Positions 1 to 6,739 of a stretch of 32,000 bases of DNA are shown piece by piece. The translations under genes were made by a program, and so were the position numbers. How positions within the stretch are numbered: position 1 is the stretch's first letter; each line of letters opens with the position of its first letter. The stretch is from positions 1 through 32,000 of the forward strand of contig CAKUIA010000001.1 of NCBI GenBank assembly GCA_934660865.1, in the 5' to 3' direction. The notes beneath the pieces were generated by a model. The model ran no database searches, had not been told where the DNA came from, and saw only the letters and a program-made list of their open reading frames with translations. This stretch comes from an uncultured Opitutales bacterium (GTDB lineage: Bacteria; Verrucomicrobiota; Verrucomicrobiia; Opitutales; Intestinicryptomonadaceae).

Positions 1-270
1 TTGCTAAGCTATAACCCTAAACCCCAGCAAAAAATATGCCCCGTAAACTGGCAGCGCCGTTGGCAAAAAATACGCAACAACGCAGGCTTTAGCGGCCGCT
101 GGGTGCAAGACGTTTTGCGCCACACCTACGCCAGCTTTTTTGCCAAACGTTTTAAAGACCTGCCGCGCCTACAGCTAAATATGGGGCACAGCAACCAAAT
201 GCTTTTGTGCCACCGCTACATCAACATGCGCAACATCTCCCGCCTTGAAGCCGAAAAGTTTTTTAAGTGA
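1..270 (+). CDS. Tyrosine recombinase / phage-type integrase, C-terminal fragment (5' part lies outside the window)
   Basis: The frame is open to the window edge. It shows the C-terminal catalytic pattern of tyrosine recombinases: ...DVLRHTYASFF... (HxxR box) and ...MGHSNQMLLCHRY... (GH...Y with the nucleophile Tyr). Confidence 0.7.
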   Translation: MLSYNPKPQQKICPVNWQRRWQKIRNNAGFSGRWVQDVLRHTYASFFAKRFKDLPRLQLNMGHSNQMLLCHRYINMRNISRLEAEKFFK

Positions 271-416
271 TAATTTGGCAACTTTACCGTTTGCATAAGC
301 CTTTTTATTGAGCTCTGGAATATATGCAGTTTGAAATAGCTTACATTTATCCAAGCAAAAAAAAGCGCTGACTTTTTGAGAAAGCCGCGCCTAAGTTGGC
401 GAATAAAACCTAGTTA

Positions 417-1295
417 TCAAACAGCAACGTCTCTTTTTGGAGAGGTGCCAAAATAGCGTTTATACTCGCGGCTAAACTGTGTGGGACTTTCGTAGCCTAC
501 GGCGTAGGCGGCGTTGGCAACGGTTTCGTTTTCGGAAATCATAAGCCTTTTTGCCTCGTGCAAGCGCAAATTTTTTTGATATTGAATTGGGCTAATAGAT
601 GTAACTTTGCGGAAGTGCCTATGGAATGTTGTAGGCGCCATATTCACATATTTTGCAAGTTCCTCTATCCTTACGGGTTTTTTAAAATTTGTTTTCAGCC
701 AGCCAACCGCCTTTGTTATTTGGTTGCTTTGGGTGCCAAGTGTGCAAAGTTGGCGAACGTGCCTGCCCATTGGGCTAATAAGCAGCCTTGTATAAATTTC
801 GTTTACAATAACGGGGGCAATAACCGGAATATCGTCGGGGGTGTCCAGCAATTTTAGGAGGCGCAAAAAGGCGTCCATTAAGCCCTCGTCGGCATCGGCA
901 ACCGCAAGGCCGTTAAAAACCTTGTCGCCCCTTATTTTGTCGAGCGGCATTTCGGCAATCATTTGCGAAATTTGCTTTAGGTTTAAATCAAGCGAAATTG
1001 TAAGCAAAGGTTTTTGCGGCGTTGCCTGCGCAATGCAGCTGGTGCCCGGTATATCTATGCCCGAAACCAGACACTGGTTTTCGTGATATGCCGTTTCTAT
1101 ATTGCCCGTAATTGCGCGTTTGCTGCCCTGTATAATAAGTATAATTTTCGGGGAATAAACGCACCTGTTATATCCGTTTTCGTGCTCTATTCTATGCGCA
1201 TAAAAACCCGGAATTGCCGTTTCGATAAAGTCTTCGTGAGGCAACAATTTTAAGACCAGACGTTTTAGCTGCGAATTTAAATTTGCAATACCCAT
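417..1295 (-). CDS. AraC/XylS-family transcriptional regulator
   Basis: 292-aa ORF with a C-terminal double HTH (ELAKYVNMAPTTFHRHFRKVTSISPIQYQKNLRLHEAKRLM...AYAVGYESPTQFSREYKRYFGTSP). The N-terminal ~190 aa look like an AraC_N-type ligand/dimerisation domain. It is co-directional with, and 93 nt downstream of, cbiO. Confidence 0.85.
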   Translation of the reverse strand: MGIANLNSQLKRLVLKLLPHEDFIETAIPGFYAHRIEHENGYNRCVYSPKIILIIQGSKRAITGNIETAYHENQCLVSGIDIPGTSCIAQATPQKPLLTISLDLNLKQISQMIAEMPLDKIRGDKVFNGLAVADADEGLMDAFLRLLKLLDTPDDIPVIAPVIVNEIYTRLLISPMGRHVRQLCTLGTQSNQITKAVGWLKTNFKKPVRIEELAKYVNMAPTTFHRHFRKVTSISPIQYQKNLRLHEAKRLMISENETVANAAYAVGYESPTQFSREYKRYFGTSPKRDVAV

Positions 1296-1321
1296 ATTTT
1301 TGCTACTATTTACCCCATACA

Positions 1322-1375
1322 GTTATAAAAAGATTTAAAATGTGTCAAATAAAAATTTGGCAGAATCGGGCAGAA
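1322..1375 (-). promoter_or_regulatory. Candidate promoter of the AraC-family gene with an adjacent direct repeat
   Basis: Read on the minus strand: TTCTGCC-cga-TTCTGCC (1375..1359, 10-bp period), then 10 nt, then TTGACA (1348..1343), N15, TATAAC (1327..1322). The ATG lies at 1295. The -35 hexamer is perfect but the 15-nt spacer is short. Confidence 0.3.
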
Positions 1376-1388
1376 AAATTTTTGCAGT

Positions 1389-2087
1389 TTAAATTAGCCC
1401 GCAGTTTTCCAAAAGGCTTTTGTTTGCAAGAATATCTTTTGTTCTGCCGAAAGCGGCAAGAGCGCCTTTGTTTAAAACCGCGCAATGTCCGCAAAGAGCC
1501 GCGGCAAAATCCAAATCGTGGGTAGTCATTAAAATTGTTTTGTTTAGCGATTTTAAAATGTCGGCCGTTTGCCTTTTGCATTTGCAGTCTAACAAGGCTG
1601 TAGGCTCGTCTAAAAGCAAAACTTCGGGGTTGGCCGCCAAAACCGAGCAAATTGCCACCCTCTTTTTTTCGCCGTCCGACAAATTTTGGATTGGGCGGTT
1701 GGCAAGGGGCAAAATGCCGTATTTTTCCATGAGGGCTTTTGCATTTTCCAGGGCAATTTGCTGCGGAATTTTGCGGTTTAAAAATCCGAACGCAATATCT
1801 TCTTGCACGGTGGAAAAGAAAAGCTGGTCGTCGCAATTTTGAAATACCAGGCCTGCCATACTCCTTATTTTAGAGAGGCTATGTTTTTCGAGCAAAACCG
1901 AATTTACGTAGATTTTGCCGCATTTCGGCTGCAAAAGCCCCATAATGGAATGCAGCAATGTTGTTTTGCCCGCCCCGTTTGCGCCTATTACCGCGCAACA
2001 GTCCCCCTTTTCGATTTCAAGCGAAAGCGAGCTTATGGCCGCAACATTGCCGCTGCGGCAAACGGTAAGGTCTTTAATTTTAATCAT
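1389..2087 (-). CDS. cbiO: ECF-type Ni/Co transporter ATPase (CbiO/NikO/LarO-like)
   Basis: Walker A GANGAGKTT, ABC signature LSDGEKKRV and Walker B LLLDEPTALLD are present. The start overlaps the cbiQ stop by 8 nt. Confidence 0.85.
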   Translation of the reverse strand: MIKIKDLTVCRSGNVAAISSLSLEIEKGDCCAVIGANGAGKTTLLHSIMGLLQPKCGKIYVNSVLLEKHSLSKIRSMAGLVFQNCDDQLFFSTVQEDIAFGFLNRKIPQQIALENAKALMEKYGILPLANRPIQNLSDGEKKRVAICSVLAANPEVLLLDEPTALLDCKCKRQTADILKSLNKTILMTTHDLDFAAALCGHCAVLNKGALAAFGRTKDILANKSLLENCGLI

Positions 2088-2850
2088 AAAAAAAGCTTTC
2101 TATAAAAAGGGGTATATTAAAAAATCTAAAAAACAAACTTGCCCCAGCAAAACACGCAAAAAATGCGGCGTCTTTAACGGTAAATTTTTGCGTTTGCCGT
2201 TTAAAGTTGCGGACATCGAAATTGCGGCACTGCATTGCGTTGTATATGGAATTTGCGCGGGCAAGCGTGCGCGTAAAAAGGCTTGCCAGCATTGTAGAAT
2301 AATGTGCAGATTTTATTTTTGGGTGCATGGGGCTGCGCAGTGCGTAGGCTTTTGCCATTCTTGAGGCCTCGCTGCAAATGCAGTTTAGGTAGCGTATTGT
2401 AAGCATAATTTGCACTACAACTATGCAGGGGATTTTAAGCTTTGCCAAAGCTCCCGCAATGTCGTTTGCGGGCGTTGTCTTTGCAAAAATTACCGATACT
2501 GCCACGCACAAATACGCCTTTAAAAGCAGCGTAAAAAGCGACAACATGCCAAAACTTACCCCAAAAGAAAAAACTTTAAACGCAGTTTTTGTGTCGATAA
2601 AAACGTTTGCAAACCCCGCAAAAAACGCAAGGCAAAGCGCGGGAATGGACTTCCTTAAAATTTCGCGTTGACCGATTTTGCACACAGCCCCCAAAAACAG
2701 CGGAAAGGCGAAATATACCGCCAAAGAAAAGGCGTTGTATTTGCCGAACGAGACAACGCACACAACAAACACGAACAACGCGGCCAATTTCGCCAAAGCG
2801 CCGGGCGTGTTGCGCATAGTGCAGTTGCGGGGCTGCAGGCTACTTTCCAT
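2080..2850 (-). CDS. cbiQ: ECF transporter transmembrane (T) component, CbiQ-like
   Basis: 256-aa polytopic hydrophobic ORF wedged between cbiM and cbiO with overlapping stop/start codons. The segment ...TIRYLNCICSEASRMAKAYALRSP... resembles the conserved coupling-helix region of ECF T components. The exact start is uncertain (11-nt overlap with cbiM if it is 2850). Confidence 0.7.
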   Translation of the reverse strand: MESSLQPRNCTMRNTPGALAKLAALFVFVVCVVSFGKYNAFSLAVYFAFPLFLGAVCKIGQREILRKSIPALCLAFFAGFANVFIDTKTAFKVFSFGVSFGMLSLFTLLLKAYLCVAVSVIFAKTTPANDIAGALAKLKIPCIVVVQIMLTIRYLNCICSEASRMAKAYALRSPMHPKIKSAHYSTMLASLFTRTLARANSIYNAMQCRNFDVRNFKRQTQKFTVKDAAFFACFAGASLFFRFFNIPLFIESFFYD

Positions 2851-3856
2851 TTAAGTTTGTTTTTGTTGCAAGTTTTACGGCAAAATACCCCGCAAACAGA
2901 AAGGCCGCCGTTATAAGCGAGCCAAACAGCCCTGCCGCCGCCGTAGAGGCGCTGCCGTTTAGCATAGGGGTTGAATAGTCGCCAAAAATTGCGGTGTTGT
3001 TTGCAATGTTTTCGCTGGCCAAATGCGCAGCACTTTTTTCGGCCACAATTTCGGTTTTGGCGGTATTTTGCAAAGACCATTCAAGCCCGTCGGGCTTTTC
3101 GCTGGCGTAAATGGAAAACAGCGAGCCGAAAACAAGTGCCGCCATTGCCACAATAAAAACCGCCCCCTTGTTTGACGGCAAAAACTTGCCGTCGCTTAGC
3201 CCGTTAAAAACAAAGGCGTTGGAACATTTAAGGGCCAACAGCACAAGGGCTGTGGCGACGCCTTCTACAAGGCCTATGGCCAAATGTATCGGCTGCATAA
3301 ACAAAAGAAATGTTTTAAAATCCAGCTCGGTTATGTCGGAGCACAAAGTTTCGAGCACAACGCAAAACGAGCCGCACTGCAAAGTTAGCACGCAAGACAA
3401 AACGCTTGCGGCTATAACCGCAAACTTGCCTTTGCTTTTGCGCACAATGGGCACAAAAAGCAAGGGGTAAGCAACAAAACACGCAAAAAAAGCCATATTA
3501 AAGGCATTGCAACCCAACGCCAAAATTCCGCCGTCGGCAAAAAACAAGGCCTGTATAAACAGCACCGAACTAAGCGCAATAAATGCGGGATAGGCCCCCA
3601 GTGCGGCCGCCAGCAAAATGCCGCCGCCAATGTGGCCGCTAGAACCCGTTGCCGGTATCGAAAAATTAAGCATTTGCGCCGCGAACACAAAAGCCGCCAT
3701 AACGCCCATTAAAGGAACGTTTAGCTTGCCGAAATTTTGGGCCGATTTCCTTGCCGAATAAAACAGCAAAAGCAAAAAAACAACCCACATTATGGCGCCT
3801 ACTTTTGCGGAAACCAGGGCGTCGGACATATGCATTGCAAGAACGGTATAAAACAT
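2840..3856 (-). CDS. cbiM: ECF substrate-capture component CbiM/NikM fused to a PDGLE (CbiN/NikN-like) C-terminal module
   Basis: Polytopic membrane ORF. The Met-His metal-binding N-terminus motif (MHMSDALVS) starts at residue 8. The core contains ...ATGSSGHIGGGILLAAALG.... The C-terminal ~110 aa contain PDGLEW (3080..3094) and a final TM helix. An AAGGAG Shine-Dalgarno (3864..3869) sits 7 nt upstream of the ATG at 3856. An alternative start is at 3835. Confidence 0.85.
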   Translation of the reverse strand: MFYTVLAMHMSDALVSAKVGAIMWVVFLLLLFYSARKSAQNFGKLNVPLMGVMAAFVFAAQMLNFSIPATGSSGHIGGGILLAAALGAYPAFIALSSVLFIQALFFADGGILALGCNAFNMAFFACFVAYPLLFVPIVRKSKGKFAVIAASVLSCVLTLQCGSFCVVLETLCSDITELDFKTFLLFMQPIHLAIGLVEGVATALVLLALKCSNAFVFNGLSDGKFLPSNKGAVFIVAMAALVFGSLFSIYASEKPDGLEWSLQNTAKTEIVAEKSAAHLASENIANNTAIFGDYSTPMLNGSASTAAAGLFGSLITAAFLFAGYFAVKLATKTNLNGK

Positions 3857-3859
3857 TTT

Positions 3860-4600
3860 TTAACTCCTTAAAATTAGGTGCGCGTTATAGGCGGCTCCGA
3901 AACCGTTGTCGATATTTACAACGCTAACCCCGTTAGCGCACGAATTTATCATAGAAAGCAAAGCAGAAAGTCCGCCAAAATTTGCGCCGTAGCCAACGCT
4001 TGTAGGCACCGCAATTACGGGAACGGCAACAAGCCCCGCCAAAACCGACGCCAACGCCCCCTCCATGCCGGCAACTGCAATTACAACTTTCGCCTTTCTT
4101 ATTTCGTCTATGCAGCCAAGCAGCCTGTGCAGCCCGGCAACACCGCAGTCGAAATATGTTTTTGTGCAATCTCCCAAAAAATTCAATGTAAGTTCGGCCT
4201 CCCTTGCAACGGGAATGTCGGAGGTGCCTGCCGTTATAATGGCAACTTCGCCAAGCGAATTTACGGGGCAATTTTCGCCTACCCTTACTATTTTTGCGGA
4301 TTTTTCGTACACGCAATTTTCGAAATTTTTTTGCAAAAGTTCGGCGATTTCCCCTGTTGCGCGGGTTATAAGAACGCCCTTTTGCCTCGCCAAAATTTTG
4401 CGGCAAATTTCAAGACACTGCCCCGGCGTTTTCGAGGCCCCGTATACGATTTCGCCCACTCCCGTTCGGCGCTTTCTGTCGAAGTCTATTTTGGTGTGGC
4501 CCATGTCGCAGCAAAACAGATTTTCTATTTCTTTGCCCGCGTTTTGCAGGTTAAGCGTGCCGTTTTTATAGGCGTTTAAAATTTCAAAAATTTCCTTCAT
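3860..4600 (-). CDS. larB: LarB, nickel-pincer nucleotide cofactor biosynthesis (NaAD carboxylase/hydrolase, PurE-like)
   Basis: 246 aa with ...RRTGVGEIVYGASKT..., ...VAIITAGTSDIPVAREA... and ...VIAVAGMEGALASVLAGLVAVPVIAVPTSVGYGANFGGLSALLSMINSCANGVSVVNIDNGFGAA. These are the PurE-like/LarB pattern. There is a 4-nt start/stop overlap with larE. Confidence 0.9.
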   Translation of the reverse strand: MKEIFEILNAYKNGTLNLQNAGKEIENLFCCDMGHTKIDFDRKRRTGVGEIVYGASKTPGQCLEICRKILARQKGVLITRATGEIAELLQKNFENCVYEKSAKIVRVGENCPVNSLGEVAIITAGTSDIPVAREAELTLNFLGDCTKTYFDCGVAGLHRLLGCIDEIRKAKVVIAVAGMEGALASVLAGLVAVPVIAVPTSVGYGANFGGLSALLSMINSCANGVSVVNIDNGFGAAYNAHLILRS

Positions 4601-5388
4601 ATCCTTACATTCATAGAGCCCGTTTTGTAGCCGGCCAAATCAAGCGAGCAGCGTTTAAAACCCAAAGAACTGGCCTCTTTGTTTATTTGGGCGGCGTTTT
4701 TTACAACCTTTTCGAAATCGCCTACGTTGCACTCTATCCTTACGGAATTTCCGTCGGTTCTCGCCCTCACTTTGCCTATGTCAAGGCTTCGCAAATAGCC
4801 TTCAAAGCCGTCTATTTTTTTGAGGGTTTTTGTCTCGATTTTCCTTCCGTGTTCAAGCCTTGTAAGCAGGCAGGCATAGGCGGGCTTTTCGGCAACTTCG
4901 GGCAGAATTTCGCGCGCAATTTGCCTTATCAAATCTTTGCCTACGCCGCATTCCAAAAAGGGGCTTTTTACCCCGAGCTCTTTTAAAGCCTTCATTCCCG
5001 GGCGGTAGTCCGACAAATCGTCGGCGGTTGTGCCGTCGCACAAAACACCCGCCTCTAGCGAAATTGCAGCCTTTTTAAATTTGCCGAAAATATTTTTTTT
5101 GCACAGATAACAGCGTTCGGGCGGATTGTACAGAATTTCGGTCGGTATGTTTTCTTCGGAAATTTTTACAAGTTTTACCCCCAGCTTTTTGCATAGAGTT
5201 TCGGCAAAAGAGCACTCGCTTTGCATTGCATACGGCATAACGGCGGTTATTGCAGTGCAGTTTTTTGCCCCCAATGTTTGCGCGCAAAAAGCCAAAAGCA
5301 CCGAGCTGTCCAGCCCGCCCGAAAGCGCAACGCAAACACGCCCAAAGCCTACAACCAGTTTTTTTAAGCTATCTATTTTCGAACTCAT
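4597..5388 (-). CDS. larE: LarE, ATP-dependent sulfur transferase of the nickel-pincer cofactor pathway (PP-loop ATPase)
   Basis: PP-loop motif VALSGGLDSSVL, a CxxC pair (ERCYLCKK) and ...KPAYACLLTRL... (position of the sulfur-donating/cluster Cys). It overlaps the larC stop by 20 nt. Confidence 0.9.
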   Translation of the reverse strand: MSSKIDSLKKLVVGFGRVCVALSGGLDSSVLLAFCAQTLGAKNCTAITAVMPYAMQSECSFAETLCKKLGVKLVKISEENIPTEILYNPPERCYLCKKNIFGKFKKAAISLEAGVLCDGTTADDLSDYRPGMKALKELGVKSPFLECGVGKDLIRQIAREILPEVAEKPAYACLLTRLEHGRKIETKTLKKIDGFEGYLRSLDIGKVRARTDGNSVRIECNVGDFEKVVKNAAQINKEASSLGFKRCSLDLAGYKTGSMNVRI

Positions 5389-6658
5389 TGCAAAGCATTT
5401 TCCTTACAACGCCTATGGCAAGCCCCGTTTTGCTGGATATTCTTTTGCAGTCTTCAAACTCGGGCTTTGCCTTTGTTTTCCCGTTAAACTCGGCAACTTT
5501 AAAGCTAACTTCGCCAAGCGACGAATTGAATTTTACGCATTTGCGCGAAATGCAAAACCTGTTTGCCGCAACAATTCTAACCCCCAAAGTTGTGGAGTTT
5601 TCGAAAACAAATTGTGCCGCTTTTTGCGCGTCCTTTTCAAAAACAAGGGCGCAAATTTTTGTTCCCAAGCGCGACTTTTTCATGGAAATTGCCTCCTGCC
5701 AAACGTCCAATGCGCCGACAGAAAACAGCCTTTCGCACAAATACGAAATGTCCTCGGCCGACATATCGTCGATATTACATTCTACAAGCGACATCTTTTC
5801 GCGCACAAGCGGCAAAGAGTCGGTATCTTCGCTTTCTACCAGGCTAATCCTTAAAATGTTGGGCAATTCGGGAGAATTTCGGTGCCCGATACCCACGCCG
5901 TTGGCTATAATCTTGCCGCTTATTTTTTCGGAAAAGCCGTCGCACAAAGCGGCAATAATGGCCGCCCCCGTAGGCGTTGTACATTCGTGCATAGCGCCGT
6001 TGAATTTTACGGGCATGCCCTTTACTATTTCGGCCGTGGCGGGAGCCGGAACGGGCAAAAGCCCGTGCGCGCATTTTACCGTGCCGCCGCCAAGCTCTAC
6101 GGCGGAACACACGAACTTGTCGGCGCCTACTATATCGGCGCAAACGGCGGCGGCAACTATGTCTATTATAGAATCTATTGCGCCCACTTCGTGAAAGCAA
6201 ACTTCGTCTATGTTTTTGTTGTGAACCTTCGATTCGGCCAGCGCAATTTTGTCGAATATTTTTAGCGCATAGATTTTGGCGCGCTGCGAAATTTTTGAAT
6301 TTTCTATAATCTTTTTTATTTCAAAATACGGACGGTGCAAATGCGAATGTACGTTGGCGTGCCCGCCGTGCGAATGTGCGTGTTCGCAGGAATGGGCATG
6401 CCCGTGCAGATGATGGTGTTCGGGCGAATGTGCGTCGCCCATATGCTCTGGCACGGGCAAAGTCTCGTCTATAACTTCGGCCTTTGTGCCCGAAATTCCG
6501 CCTCGCATATCGCGGCTAAAATTCAGGCGCCAGCCGTCTAAATTAAGCTTTTGCAATTCGCCGACAAGTACGTCTTTGTCTACGCCCAAATCCACGAAGG
6601 CGGCAATATTCATATCGCCGCTAATGCCCGCAAAACAGTTGTAATATAAAATTTTCAT
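5369..6658 (-). CDS. larC: LarC, nickel insertase (cyclometallase) of the nickel-pincer cofactor pathway, single unsplit ORF
   Basis: LarC/DUF111-type N-terminus MKILYYNCFAGISGDMNIAAF and a His-rich tract HMGDAHSPEHHHLHGHAHSCEHAHSHGGHANVHSHLH (6335..6445). I place the start at the ATG at 6658, not the ORF-track start at 6730. The extra 24 codons translate a palindromic intergenic element. Confidence 0.9.
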   Translation of the reverse strand: MKILYYNCFAGISGDMNIAAFVDLGVDKDVLVGELQKLNLDGWRLNFSRDMRGGISGTKAEVIDETLPVPEHMGDAHSPEHHHLHGHAHSCEHAHSHGGHANVHSHLHRPYFEIKKIIENSKISQRAKIYALKIFDKIALAESKVHNKNIDEVCFHEVGAIDSIIDIVAAAVCADIVGADKFVCSAVELGGGTVKCAHGLLPVPAPATAEIVKGMPVKFNGAMHECTTPTGAAIIAALCDGFSEKISGKIIANGVGIGHRNSPELPNILRISLVESEDTDSLPLVREKMSLVECNIDDMSAEDISYLCERLFSVGALDVWQEAISMKKSRLGTKICALVFEKDAQKAAQFVFENSTTLGVRIVAANRFCISRKCVKFNSSLGEVSFKVAEFNGKTKAKPEFEDCKRISSKTGLAIGVVRKMLCNEFENR

Positions 6659-6684
6659 GCAAAATAAAAAGTGTTTTGCCCCCG

Positions 6685-6713
6685 CAATTTTTGCGCAAAA
6701 TGCGCAAAAATTG
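6685..6713. promoter_or_regulatory. Perfect 13-3-13 palindrome (CAATTTTTGCGCA-aaa-TGCGCAAAAATTG) upstream of larC
   Basis: Read directly. The arms are 6685..6697 and 6701..6713 and are exact reverse complements. The element lies in the 81-nt gap between the reductase stop (6740) and the larC ATG (6658). No U-tract follows on either strand. Confidence 0.5.
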
Positions 6714-6739
6714 CCGAAGCGTAAATGCAAAAAACGGTT

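Noticed and set aside
1389-3856. Cobalt/B12 interpretation of cbiMQO, and a search for a cobalamin riboswitch upstream.
   Set aside because: There is no intergenic leader, since the genes overlap larB and each other, and no B12-box-like sequence. Embedding in larBCE favours nickel. The cbi symbols are kept only as family names.
5250-6194. A 314-aa plus-strand ORF antisense to larC/larE. Similar long antisense ORFs occur at 3878..4579, 5126..5854, 20810..21421, 10561..11298, 12152..12502 and 24048..24584.
   Set aside because: Their composition is Ser/Arg/Cys-rich and low-complexity, and none shows a recognisable motif. Each lies fully inside a strongly supported gene on the other strand. The antisense ORFs opposite the two gspE genes resemble each other only because the sense genes are paralogs.
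6659-6730. N-terminal 24-codon extension of larC given by the ORF track (MHLRFGNFCAFCAKIAGAKHFLFC).
   Set aside because: It is the translation of the 29-bp palindrome and its flanks. The family-typical N-terminus MKILYYNCFAGISGDM begins at the ATG at 6658.
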